A stretch of DNA of 37,208 bases, taken from NCBI GenBank assembly GCA_045588795.1, contig JAZNEY010000054.1, positions 1 to 37,208 on the forward strand. Direction: 5' to 3'. Position 1 is the first letter of the stretch. The number at the start of each line of letters is the position of its first letter. This document shows positions 19,114 to 30,658 of the stretch, one piece after another. Both the position numbers and the translations under genes were made by a program. The DNA is from Clostridia bacterium (lineage in GTDB: Bacteria > Bacillota > Clostridia > Christensenellales > UBA1242). Under the pieces are notes generated by a model. The model was not told the origin of the DNA and did no database searches. It saw only the letters and a list, made by a program, of their open reading frames with translations.

Positions 19114-19773
19114 ATGGACGGAATTGAAATTTTAAACAAGTTAAAAACAACCGGCTATAAACCGGAAAATTCAAAAGAGGAAGAATTTATTTACGCACTT
19201 AAATCTAATGGGTTTGTGTTTTTTGATAAAGCACTTTCACTCTTTAAACTTCAACCGGATACAATAATCGAAGATGGGGTTGAAGAAGTTCGCTTGTCGC
19301 TTAATGCGAAAGTTCAATCTCTTGGGCTTTTTGCACTGAACAATAATTTTAGACCATCACTTGAAAGGGTTGTTGCTGAGCCATTTTTGCAACTTAACTA
19401 TTTAGGGCTTATGGAAGATATTGATTGGGTGAAAGTCTTGGGAGAACATTCTCTTGGCGAAACCTTTGACTGCGTTGTTGTGGGTTATGCTAAAAGTAGT
19501 GATAATGAGGCATATCAAGTTGAGCTTCCAAACTCGGTAAAGCCACTTCGCTATTGCAAAAATAAAAGAGCGGACAATCCTTACTTTACCGTTTCTCTTT
19601 CAAAACGAGGAAAAGAAAGGGATAGCAGTTTGCTTGAATTTACACCAATTAGAAGAACTCTTTGCAAGATGAGACTCGGGGTAAAAACCTCGCAAGGGAT
19701 ATTCTTTAATAAAGAAGATATTCAAAATGCTGGTGTGTCAATGACAATTAATAAAGCCTCTTTTTATGCGTAG
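19114..19773 (+). CDS. Hypothetical protein (219 aa), no domain recognised
   Basis: ORF with its own extended -10 promoter and a downstream terminator; GGAGAAAAA lies upstream of the ATG. Confidence 0.6.
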   Translation: MDGIEILNKLKTTGYKPENSKEEEFIYALKSNGFVFFDKALSLFKLQPDTIIEDGVEEVRLSLNAKVQSLGLFALNNNFRPSLERVVAEPFLQLNYLGLMEDIDWVKVLGEHSLGETFDCVVVGYAKSSDNEAYQVELPNSVKPLRYCKNKRADNPYFTVSLSKRGKERDSSLLEFTPIRRTLCKMRLGVKTSQGIFFNKEDIQNAGVSMTINKASFYA

Positions 19774-19792
19774 GATTGTATAATGAAATAAT

Positions 19793-19836
19793 AAACTCGG
19801 GGTAGGAGTAAATTCCTTATCGAGTTTTTATTTTTT
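19793..19836 (+). terminator. Intrinsic terminator after 19114..19773
   Basis: aaactcg..cgagttt stem with inner agga/tcct pairing, followed by tttatttttt. Confidence 0.6.
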
Positions 19837-19849
19837 GCCTAAAATTTAG

Positions 19850-20929
<1,080 letters not shown>

Positions 20930-20956
20930 ATTTGATTATTACTAAAAATCTTTATT

Positions 20957-20988
20957 GGCAGAGGGAAAATTCCTCTGCCTTTATTTTA
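20957..20988 (+). terminator. Intrinsic terminator after gapA
   Basis: ggcagagg / cctctgcc stem (7-nt loop) followed by tttatttta. Confidence 0.8.
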
Positions 20989-21010
20989 TATTAATATATA
21001 ATTTATTTAG

Positions 21011-21039
21011 TTGTAAAATTGCACGATTTGTGTTATTAT
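21011..21039 (+). promoter_or_regulatory. Putative promoter of the TM2-mnmA-trpS operon, followed by an 8-bp inverted repeat (21042-21061)
   Basis: TTGTAA, 17-nt spacer, TGtTATTAT. Then atatagta-gtct-tactatat around the expected transcription start. Confidence 0.45.
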
Positions 21040-21095
21040 TTATATAGTAGTCTTACTATATTTAATTTTATTTCTCGCTTTGGGGGTGTTTTGCT

Positions 21096-23086
<1,991 letters not shown>

Positions 23087-23107
23087 AACTTGGAGTTGTA
23101 AATAAAA

Positions 23108-24139
23108 ATGGAAAAGAAAAAAAGATTTCTAACAGGCACAAGGCCAACTGGTCCGCTTCATATTGGACACCTTGCTGGTGCTGTTTCTATGTGGGTTAAA
23201 CTTCAAAATGAGGGCAAGTATGACCCGTTTGTGTTCATTGCTGATGTTCAGGCACTCACAGACAATGCGGATAATCCAGAAAAAATTAAAAATGGTGTTG
23301 TTTCTCTTATGCTTGACTATTTGGCTTGTGGACTTGACCCTGAGAAAACTACTCTGTTTATTCAAAGTCAAATACCTGCACTTAATGAACTTTCTATGTA
23401 CTATATGAATCTTGTGTCTCTTGCAAGACTTGAGAGGAACCCGACAGTTAAAACTGAGATTCAAAACAATAAATTTGGGGCGTCTATCCCTGTTGGGTTT
23501 TTAACATATCCAATCAGTCAAACTGCAGATATTACTGCTTTTGATGCTGACTTCGTTCCAGCCGGCGAGGACCAATCTCCTATGATTGAGCAGGCAAGAG
23601 AAATTGTCCGCTCGTTCAATAGAATTTATGGTGAGTGCTTGGTTGAGCCTGATTTGATGCTTTCTGGTAATAAGTCTGCAAGAAGAATACCTGGAACTGA
23701 TGGCAATGCTAAGATGGGAAAATCTCTTGGTAATTGTATCTATCTAAATGATGAGCCTGAGGTTATCCAAAAGAAAGTTATGGGAATGTATACTGACCCA
23801 AATCATATTAAAGTGTCTGACCCGGGCGATACCAAAAACAATCCAGTGTTTATCTATCTTGAAACTTTTGCAAAAGACCAAGAAAAGGTTGCTGAGATGA
23901 AAGCACACTATGAAAGAGGCGGGCTTGGTGATGTCGTTTGTAAAAAATATCTAAATGAGGTTTTGCAAGAGGTTATTGCTCCAATTCGTGAAAGACGCAA
24001 AGAACTTGAAAAAGATATGGATAGAATTTACAAAATCTATGAAGAGGGCTCAAAAAGAGCTAATGCTGTAGCCGAAGCAACGCTAAAAAGAGTTAGAAAG
24101 GCTATGGGTGTTGAGTATTTTGAGGATAGGAAGAAATAA
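23108..24139 (+). CDS. trpS: Tryptophan--tRNA ligase
   Basis: TGTRPTGPLHIGHLAG (HIGH), KMGKS (KMSKS), GEDQ; 343 aa. Confidence 0.93.
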   Translation: MEKKKRFLTGTRPTGPLHIGHLAGAVSMWVKLQNEGKYDPFVFIADVQALTDNADNPEKIKNGVVSLMLDYLACGLDPEKTTLFIQSQIPALNELSMYYMNLVSLARLERNPTVKTEIQNNKFGASIPVGFLTYPISQTADITAFDADFVPAGEDQSPMIEQAREIVRSFNRIYGECLVEPDLMLSGNKSARRIPGTDGNAKMGKSLGNCIYLNDEPEVIQKKVMGMYTDPNHIKVSDPGDTKNNPVFIYLETFAKDQEKVAEMKAHYERGGLGDVVCKKYLNEVLQEVIAPIRERRKELEKDMDRIYKIYEEGSKRANAVAEATLKRVRKAMGVEYFEDRKK

Positions 24140-24333
24140 TGGACATACAAAGCAAAGAAGCAAGAGTGCAAGAGCTTACTCTTCAAAAAAAACAGCTTGA
24201 AGAGCTTTTGCAGGAGATGCGAAGAAAAAGGCATTCGGGAACTGATGATGACCGTGCTGAAGATTTTATGGAAGAATATTACAGAGATTTGCTAGAAGTT
24301 GAAAGAGAACTTGATTTACTAAAAAATAATTAA
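24139..24333 (+). CDS. Small charged coiled-coil protein (64 aa), hypothetical
   Basis: TAATG stop/start overlap with trpS suggests translational coupling; heptad-like charged sequence. Confidence 0.5.
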   Translation: MDIQSKEARVQELTLQKKQLEELLQEMRRKRHSGTDDDRAEDFMEEYYRDLLEVERELDLLKNN

Positions 24334-24352
24334 TTTAAAAATGAGGTAAAGA

Positions 24353-24718
24353 ATGGCAAAAGAAAAACATCAAGGCAAAAGAATTTTTGTCGTTGTTGAA
24401 GAAAATAATGATTCAAGGGTTAAACTTTGTTTCCTTGATGACCAACAAACTTCGGGTAAAGAAACACTCGGTACTTTTAAAAATATAGAAAACGATAGTG
24501 ATTTTTATTATGTTGTTATTAAAAATCTTAATTCAACAAATTTAAGGAAACCACCTGAATATAAATTTTTAGATTCTGATAACAATGAAGTAAAGGGCAT
24601 TAGGTGTGAGGGTACTGCTGATAAGGTTTTGAAACTTGAGGCAATCTATACAAAAGATGCTGGTGAAATTTCTCAAAAATACAGAGAAAGGCTTTTAGAA
24701 AGCGAGAGTGCTCAATAA
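24353..24718 (+). CDS. Hypothetical protein (121 aa)
   Basis: ORF with GAGG upstream (aaaaatgaggtaaagaATG), followed by a hairpin terminator. Confidence 0.6.
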   Translation: MAKEKHQGKRIFVVVEENNDSRVKLCFLDDQQTSGKETLGTFKNIENDSDFYYVVIKNLNSTNLRKPPEYKFLDSDNNEVKGIRCEGTADKVLKLEAIYTKDAGEISQKYRERLLESESAQ

Positions 24719-24748
24719 TAGTTTTAAAAGCGAAAAAAGGTAAAAAAC

Positions 24749-24797
24749 AATAATGGACATAATACTAAAAAAATGAATGTGTCCATTATTTGATTTT
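24749..24797 (+). terminator. Probable terminator after the trpS-distal small ORFs
   Basis: aataatggaca / tgtccattatt 11-bp stem (long 20-nt loop) followed by tgatttt. Confidence 0.5.
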
Positions 24798-24841
24798 GCT
24801 TGCAAATGTTTTTTTCGTGTGGGACTATGATTGATTCCCTC

Positions 24842-24870
24842 TTGACTAATTAAGCATTTAGTAGTATATT
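24842..24870 (+). promoter_or_regulatory. Putative proS promoter
   Basis: TTGACT, 17-nt spacer, TATATT. Confidence 0.5.
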
Positions 24871-24901
24871 TTTATTATATTAATTTAGGAGATATGTTTT
24901 T

Positions 24902-26326
24902 ATGAAAAACAAAGCAATTACATCAAGAGATGAGGATTTTGCAAAGTGGTACACTGATATTGTAAAGGCGTCAAAACTTGCAGATTATTCTGGGGTAAAA
25001 GGTTGTATTGTTTTCGAGCCAAACGGTTATGCGTTGTGGGAAAAAATGCAAGCTGTTCTTGATAAAAAATTTAAAGAACTTGGACACCAAAATGTCTATA
25101 TGCCAGTTTTAATTCCTGAGTCGCTTTTAAAGAAAGAGGGTGAACTTGTTGCAGGTTTTGCTCCTGAGGGGGCGTGGGTTACTATGGGCGGAAATAATGT
25201 CCTTGAAGAAAGGCTTATGGTAAGACCAACAAGCGAAACATTGTTTAGTAATTACTATGCTGGTAAGGTAAACTCTTATCGTGATTTGCCTCTTTTATAT
25301 AATCAATGGTGTAATGTTATGCGTTGGGAAAAAGAAACAAGGCCTTTTCTTAGAACTAGGGAATTTTTGTGGCAAGAGGGTCATACTGTCCATGAAACAA
25401 AAGAGGAGGCTGAAAAGGAAACTCTTCAAATGCTTGAAGTGTACAGAGATTTCTTCGAAAACTATCTTGCAATTCCTGTTATTACCGGTAAAAAGACAGA
25501 AAAGGAAAAGTTTGCTGGTGCTGAATATACTTGTACCGTTGAGGCTCTTATGTATAATGGCGTATCGCTTCAAAGTGCAACTTCTCACTACTTTGGACAA
25601 AAGTTTTCGAAAGCATATGGCATACAGTTTTTAAACCGTGAAAACAAACTTGAAAATGCTTATCAAACATCTTGGGGCTCAACAACAAGAATGATTGGTG
25701 CTCTTATTATGGTGCATAGTGATGATAATGGGCTAGTGTTGCCTCCAAGAATTGCACCAAGGCAAGTTGTTGTCGTTCCAATTACTGGTGATGAAGATGT
25801 TATGAAAATTGCAAGAGATGCTAACGACAAATTAAAAAATGCGGGCATTACTTCATTTATTGATGACAGCGATAAGTCTTGTGGGTTTAAGTTCGCAGAA
25901 CACGAAGTAAATGGAATTCCTGTTCGTGTTGAAATTGGGAAAAGAGACCTTGAAAAAGGTTTGATAACAATTGCAAGAAGAGATACAAGAGAAAGAATCA
26001 CTGTTCCAGTAGACTCAGATATTGTGTCAGTTGTAACTGAACTTATGGAAAACATTCAAAAGAATATGTTTGAAACCGCAAAGAAAAGAAATGATAGCAA
26101 AACATACAATGCAACTACCTTAGAAGAAGTTAGAAACATTATGGAAAATAAACCGGGTTTTGTTAAGGCTATGTGGTGCGGTGATAGCGCTTGCGAAGTT
26201 AAAATGAAAGAAATTCGTGGCACAAAGTCAAGGTGTATTTTAGAGGGCGAAGAGCCAATCTCTGACACTTGTGTTGTTTGCGGAAAGAAAGCCACACATA
26301 AAGTTGTTTGGGGTATTCAGTACTAA
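24902..26326 (+). CDS. proS: Proline--tRNA ligase, archaeal/eukaryote-like architecture (no INS editing insertion, C-terminal Cys-rich domain ending in Tyr)
   Basis: DFAKWYTDIV...DYSGVKGC, RPTSET, FLWQEGH, class II motifs, C-terminal WCGDSACE...CVVCGKKA...WGIQY; 474 aa. Confidence 0.92.
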   Translation: MKNKAITSRDEDFAKWYTDIVKASKLADYSGVKGCIVFEPNGYALWEKMQAVLDKKFKELGHQNVYMPVLIPESLLKKEGELVAGFAPEGAWVTMGGNNVLEERLMVRPTSETLFSNYYAGKVNSYRDLPLLYNQWCNVMRWEKETRPFLRTREFLWQEGHTVHETKEEAEKETLQMLEVYRDFFENYLAIPVITGKKTEKEKFAGAEYTCTVEALMYNGVSLQSATSHYFGQKFSKAYGIQFLNRENKLENAYQTSWGSTTRMIGALIMVHSDDNGLVLPPRIAPRQVVVVPITGDEDVMKIARDANDKLKNAGITSFIDDSDKSCGFKFAEHEVNGIPVRVEIGKRDLEKGLITIARRDTRERITVPVDSDIVSVVTELMENIQKNMFETAKKRNDSKTYNATTLEEVRNIMENKPGFVKAMWCGDSACEVKMKEIRGTKSRCILEGEEPISDTCVVCGKKATHKVVWGIQY

Positions 26327-26352
26327 TTTTCAAATCAATAATAAACTAATAA

Positions 26353-26386
26353 GGCAGAAGAGATTTCTCTTTCTGTCTTTTGTTTT
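26353..26386 (+). terminator. Intrinsic terminator after proS
   Basis: ggcagaagag / ctctttctgtc stem with one bulge, followed by ttttgtttt. Confidence 0.7.
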
Positions 26387-26451
26387 GTATAAAATTGTAT
26401 AAAAATGGGGACAATTGTAAAAAATAGTAGATATTTTATTTTAAAGGGGTA

Positions 26452-26480
26452 TTGAAATTTTGCACAAAGTGTGTTAAAAT
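26452..26480 (+). promoter_or_regulatory. Putative promoter of the sigma-like gene pair
   Basis: TTGAAA, 17-nt spacer, TGtTAAAAT (extended -10). Confidence 0.5.
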
Positions 26481-26521
26481 TTATAACAACAAAATTAAGA
26501 GTGTTGTTTGGGGGATAAAAT

Positions 26522-27703
26522 ATGCTTAGTGGTTATGATTTAAGTTTGGATAATTCTGAGAATTTAAAACTTGCGGAGTTGGCTTTGAAAAAGACTAGAA
26601 AAAAGGATAAGCCTGCAAAAATGTTTCAACTTGCTCAAGGTGGAGATGATGAGGCGTTTGTTAAAATTTACGAGCACTATAAGCCATATGTCGAATATTT
26701 ATATTTTAATCAAGCTGGGGCGACTATTGATGGAATTGACACCGAAGAACTTGCTTCCGCTTATAAACTTGCGTTAATTGAGTCAATCCGTGAGTTTGAT
26801 GAAAGTGAACATTCATCTGCTAGAAATTTGATAAAAAGAAACTGTTTGAATAATCTTTCTAGAATGAGGGCAAAACTTACAAAAAATGGAAGAGGCTCGG
26901 TTGATAAGTTTGTGGCTATGGAAGAAAAACCAGCAAGCGTAAAAACTCGTACAACTGACCATACAAGCGTTAGGGTTGTTGGTGGAGAGGCAGAGAAAAC
27001 TCTTACTGAAAACTATATTGATAGATTATTGTCTCTTTTAGGTGTTGCTGATAGAGCGTGGCTAATGGGATATTTTAAATATCAAAAACTTTCAGATTAT
27101 GCTAGAAGTTTGGGGGTTTCGAAACAAAATTGTTCTTGGAGATTAAAAAAAATAGAAGAATTGTTGCTTGATAAAAAACAAGAGGTCGATAGTGCTTCAT
27201 CTGATTACTATGAGGCTAAAAAGAATATTAAGCAAATAGCAAAAGAAAGAGGAATCACAAGAGCTGAGGCAAGCCATCTTATAAGGCTACATAACTACAT
27301 TTATAATGGTGGGCAATATCCAGAAATGAAATCTTTTGAAACATCTGTTGCTGAGTGTGTTTTAACAAGCCGTGAATTTAGTTTCTTTAAAGCAACGAAA
27401 GTATACTCAACATATAGTTTTAGAAATGCATATAATAACGAATACTATGAAAATGTTCAATCTGCTACAAGGCAGGTTAGTAGGGCAATGTCTAAATTTA
27501 ATGTAGTTGCTGATTGCATAGAAGATGGAGAGGGTGCTAGTCCTTTATCAAAACAAGAATACGAAAAAATGAATCGAGCGGAAAAAGCGTTTTATGGTGC
27601 AGTTTATGCTTACGCTATTGAGGGCGACTTGAAACCAAACATCTCAGATAAAATTAAACAATCGCTTATGGTTGCAAATGGTGAAAGCGAGTCGGCTGAA
27701 TAA
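26522..27703 (+). CDS. Sigma-70-family-like protein (region 2-like and region 4-like segments) with a ~180-aa C-terminal extension
   Basis: AQGGDDEAFVKIYEHYKPYV.. (region 2.1/2.2-like). DRAWLMGYFKYQKLSDYARSLGVSKQNCSWRLKKIEELL (region 4 HTH-like). Second HTH-like KQIAKERGITRAEASHLIRL. Own promoter at 26452-26480. Confidence 0.6.
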   Translation: MLSGYDLSLDNSENLKLAELALKKTRKKDKPAKMFQLAQGGDDEAFVKIYEHYKPYVEYLYFNQAGATIDGIDTEELASAYKLALIESIREFDESEHSSARNLIKRNCLNNLSRMRAKLTKNGRGSVDKFVAMEEKPASVKTRTTDHTSVRVVGGEAEKTLTENYIDRLLSLLGVADRAWLMGYFKYQKLSDYARSLGVSKQNCSWRLKKIEELLLDKKQEVDSASSDYYEAKKNIKQIAKERGITRAEASHLIRLHNYIYNGGQYPEMKSFETSVAECVLTSREFSFFKATKVYSTYSFRNAYNNEYYENVQSATRQVSRAMSKFNVVADCIEDGEGASPLSKQEYEKMNRAEKAFYGAVYAYAIEGDLKPNISDKIKQSLMVANGESESAE

Positions 27704-27847
27704 GCATAATATAAAACATAATTTTGGTTTTGTAGTAATATGATTGGTTCTTTTATGGATAAAGATTAAGGTGTTACAGTTTGTGTCGTGAAAGGTTTTT
27801 GAGAAAAGAGTGTTTTATAAATTTTTAAATATAGTGGGGGATTTTTT

Positions 27848-29050
27848 ATGCTTACTGGCTATGATTTGACTGCCATAAACAGTCAAAACTTGGAGATTGC
27901 AAAAGAGACTTTAAATAAAAGAGTGAAAAATAAGAATATTGAAGAATTGATTAAAAAGGCACAAGGCGGAGATGAAAGTGCCTTTCTTCAAGTTTATGAA
28001 TATTATAAACCTTATACAGAATATTTGTTTTTTAAACACGGGGGTGCATTAGTTGAGGAAATAGATGTTGAAGAACTTTCAACTATGTACAAAATGGCTT
28101 TAATTAAGTCAATACAAGTTTATGATAGGTCAGTTTATGGTGCTATGAGCACTTGTATCGCTGAGCATACATTGAGAAATCTTAATATCTTAATCGGTAT
28201 TGCAAATAGCAAGGGAAAGGGTGATGTTAGTGAAATTGTGTCAATGGACACAAATCTTTCTAAAAAGAACGGTTATAGTTCTGTCGATATGATTTCAAGT
28301 GTTCGCTCGTATAATGAAAATTTGAATGAAGTCGAAAATGAAACTTTGGTTTACAGGCTTTTGTCTCTTCTTGATGAAAAAGATAGAAAGTGGCTTCAAG
28401 GTTATTTTGAATCTCAAAGATACAGTTTATATTCTAACTTGATTGGGCTTTCTAGGCAAAGGTGTTGTCAAATTTATGATGCAATTGAGGCTAAACTTTT
28501 AAAGATTAAGGGCAAATGCGATATAATTGCAAGGGACTTTTATGAGGAGAATAAGTCTATTGGTCAAATTGCCGAAGAAAGAGGAATGAAAAGGGCAGAG
28601 GTTGCTTATTATGTCCGATTGAACAATTATATCTATAATGGTGGAAAACTTCCAAAGATTAATGATATTAAATACTCAATTGCAGGCTGTGTGCTGAGCA
28701 GTGAAGAATTTGAAATTTTTACTAAGTCAATGAATAGACCTGCTGAAAGTTTGATTGATGAGTATGGAGTAGATAGTTACCAGAATGTGATTTTGCCGGT
28801 TGTGCGAAAAGTCAAACTCGCTGAGTCGAAAATGAATATTGTTGCTCGCTATAACGAGTGCGGGAAAGTAAAAGGCGACTACGCAAAAAAGGAATTGCAA
28901 TTGATGGGCGAGAATGAAAAAAGTTTCTATGCGTTGCTTTACAGATATTCTTACCTTGGCGGGGATAAACCATTGATGCCAAAATCTGCAAGTGAAAGAC
29001 TTGTGAAAAGTCTTGATGGAATTGCCGAGCGAAATGTTTTTTGTGGTTAA
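27848..29050 (+). CDS. Sigma-70-family-like protein, paralogue of 26522..27703
   Basis: Collinear similarity with the upstream paralogue: MLTGYDL, AQGGDESAFLQVYEYYKPYTEYLFF, DRKWLQGYFESQRYS..GLSRQRCCQIYDAIEAKLL, QIAEERGMKRAEVAYYVRLNNYIYNGG. Confidence 0.6.
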   Translation: MLTGYDLTAINSQNLEIAKETLNKRVKNKNIEELIKKAQGGDESAFLQVYEYYKPYTEYLFFKHGGALVEEIDVEELSTMYKMALIKSIQVYDRSVYGAMSTCIAEHTLRNLNILIGIANSKGKGDVSEIVSMDTNLSKKNGYSSVDMISSVRSYNENLNEVENETLVYRLLSLLDEKDRKWLQGYFESQRYSLYSNLIGLSRQRCCQIYDAIEAKLLKIKGKCDIIARDFYEENKSIGQIAEERGMKRAEVAYYVRLNNYIYNGGKLPKINDIKYSIAGCVLSSEEFEIFTKSMNRPAESLIDEYGVDSYQNVILPVVRKVKLAESKMNIVARYNECGKVKGDYAKKELQLMGENEKSFYALLYRYSYLGGDKPLMPKSASERLVKSLDGIAERNVFCG

Positions 29051-29145
29051 TAGAAGAGGTGCAATTGCCGAGAGGAATGTTTTCTGCTGTTAATAGAAGA
29101 AATGGAGTTACCTAGCAAAAATGTTTTTTTGTGGATAAAAAAAGA
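29015..29145 (+). repeat. Three degenerate tandem units (43, 43, 45 bp) derived from the last codons plus stop of the second sigma-like gene
   Basis: Unit 1 is gatggaattgccgagcgaaatgttttttgtggttaatagaaga. Unit 2 is ggtgcaattgccgagaggaatgttttctgctgttaatagaaga. Unit 3 is aatggagttacctagcaaaaatgtttttttgtggataaaaaaaga. Confidence 0.8.
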
Positions 29146-29178
29146 GATGGAATTTTGATTAAATTTTCCATCTCTTTT
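29143..29178 (+). terminator. Probable terminator after the sigma-like pair and the 43-bp repeats
   Basis: agagatggaa / ttccatctct 10-bp stem followed by tttgc..; the T-tract is short. Confidence 0.5.
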
Positions 29179-29397
29179 GCTTGATTTTAGTTTTTAAATT
29201 TTTGTTTATAATTTAGGTTAAATTTTTAAAATATTCAATGTTTTATTTTGTTTTCTTTTGAAATTGGGTTTAAATTTGCCCCGTTTTGGTTGTTTTGTAT
29301 TTTTGTGGTTAATTTATCGCCCGCAAAAGCTCTGCTTGAAAATTGGCGAAAATATCAAATCAAAAACGGGGGATAAATTGAATATCTTTTGCTTTCT

Positions 29398-30468
29398 TTA
29401 TTTAAGTTTGAATGTCATCAAAACTGGGTTGTGGTCGGAGTTTTTAAAGCCTGCGTCAACAACCTCATAAGAAATAACTTCGACATTTGAACTTACTAGA
29501 AACCCATCAAGCGTGATTGTGAATGTTGTTCCTTTTTCATAGCCAGCTCCTGTATCACGACAAGATGCAACTGGATTTTCTTCGTTGTAGCCCGAAACTA
29601 ACGAAAAGTTTTCAGGTATTATTTCGGTTGGGAATGGCTTTGCCCACGAATAATCTTCGCCCGATATTCCAAATACCTCGCCCGAGTTTCCGAGTAAATC
29701 TTTGTTGAAGTCGCCACCTGCAATTATATATTTCCCAAGAGCTAGTTCTGCTTTCATATCCTCAAATAATACCACAAGTTGCTCGGTTGCAATTGACCCA
29801 TCTTTTGTGTAGGCGGATAGGTGGACATTGTATAACACAAGTTCATTTCCGTTATTTGCTTTGATAATGCTTTTTGAGTAGCACCTGTCAAGGTCTAAAA
29901 ATTTTCTAAAACCTTTTTCAATAGGCAAACTGTATCTTGTTGCTTTTTCAATTTTGTATTTTCCCATTGTGATGATTCCTGCCTCACTTTTTCCGTGTGG
30001 GCTTGTAAATGGGTAGAATAAGTATGGAGAGTCGTAGTTAAGTGCAAATGTGTGTGAGTAGTCAGTGAAGTGGTCGGTGTACATTTTTGCTTGGTCAACT
30101 TTAAAGCTCCTTGTTGCTTTTGTGTCAACCTCTTGAAGTAAAACAAGGTTTGGGTTTTTGGTCTCAATTGTTGCAATCATTCCGTTTACATTCTTGATGA
30201 TTTCATCTTTTGAGTAGCCTCTTGAATATTCTCCTCCGTCCATAAAGAAACTGTAATCTTCGGAGTAGGCTCCAAAGCCTGTGTTGAATGACATTATTGT
30301 AAGATTTTCATTCGCGTGAATTAAGTTTTCGTTTCGGTTCGTTACAGCAAGGGCTAGGTTGTCCTCTACTCTGTGATAGGCAATTACCACATACAGCAAG
30401 TAACCCGAAACTACAACCAAGAGAGCAAGTACGACTGAAAGCACGCCTTTTAGCAGTTTTCTTATCAT
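29398..30468 (-). CDS. Membrane-anchored endonuclease/exonuclease/phosphatase (EEP) family protein
   Basis: N-terminal TM helix (VLSVVLALLVVVSGYLLYVVI), LVLLQEVD, GGDFN, C-terminal NSDHNPV. Confidence 0.8.
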   Translation of the reverse strand: MIRKLLKGVLSVVLALLVVVSGYLLYVVIAYHRVEDNLALAVTNRNENLIHANENLTIMSFNTGFGAYSEDYSFFMDGGEYSRGYSKDEIIKNVNGMIATIETKNPNLVLLQEVDTKATRSFKVDQAKMYTDHFTDYSHTFALNYDSPYLFYPFTSPHGKSEAGIITMGKYKIEKATRYSLPIEKGFRKFLDLDRCYSKSIIKANNGNELVLYNVHLSAYTKDGSIATEQLVVLFEDMKAELALGKYIIAGGDFNKDLLGNSGEVFGISGEDYSWAKPFPTEIIPENFSLVSGYNEENPVASCRDTGAGYEKGTTFTITLDGFLVSSNVEVISYEVVDAGFKNSDHNPVLMTFKLK

Positions 30469-30575
30469 AAAATTAGTTCTCCTTTTGTTCTTATTGATTT
30501 TAGCATATCAAAATATTATTTATATAGCAAGGAAATTTAATTGCATATAAAAATTTTTTAAAAGCCTATCACAAG

Positions 30576-30604
30576 TTGACTTTACTTACATAATATAATA
30601 AAAT
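30576..30604 (+). promoter_or_regulatory. Putative promoter of the ABC exporter operon
   Basis: TTGACT, 17-nt spacer, TAAAAT. Confidence 0.45.
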
Positions 30605-30658
30605 ATCAAGGTATGTATAAGTCTATGTTTTCTAGATTTGACATACCTTGATTTTTGC
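30605..30658 (+). promoter_or_regulatory. Terminator-like leader hairpin containing a 12-codon mini-ORF (30613-30651, MYKSMFSRFDIP-TGA): candidate attenuator of the ABC operon
   Basis: atcaaggtatgt (30605-30616) pairs perfectly with acataccttgat (30641-30652). An inner 8-bp stem pairs 30619-30625 with 30633-30639. The hairpin is followed by tttttgcttatttt and lies 22 nt upstream of the ABC start codon. Confidence 0.45.

Noticed and set aside
24719-24901. Looked for T-box leaders upstream of proS (and upstream of trpS at 23087-23107)
   Set aside because: The proS leader is short and contains a terminator for the upstream genes plus a promoter. I could not find a T-box consensus (..GGTGGTACCGCG-like) or a specifier-loop architecture. 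trpS has only 21 nt upstream and is co-transcribed with mnmA.
29015-29145. Possible CRISPR array or replication origin at the 43-bp repeats (perfect DnaA box TGTGGATAA at 29130-29138)
   Set aside because: The units are contiguous with no spacers and are decaying copies of the adjacent gene end, so this is not CRISPR. One perfect DnaA 9-mer is roughly expected by chance in 37 kb on two strands. No dnaA/dnaN neighbourhood or strand switch of genes is visible. It is kept only as a note in a finding.
29258-29470. 70-aa + strand ORF in the sigma/EEP intergenic region
   Set aside because: It has a non-ATG start, no RBS, and overlaps the 3' end of the well-supported EEP gene in antisense. Its composition looks non-coding.
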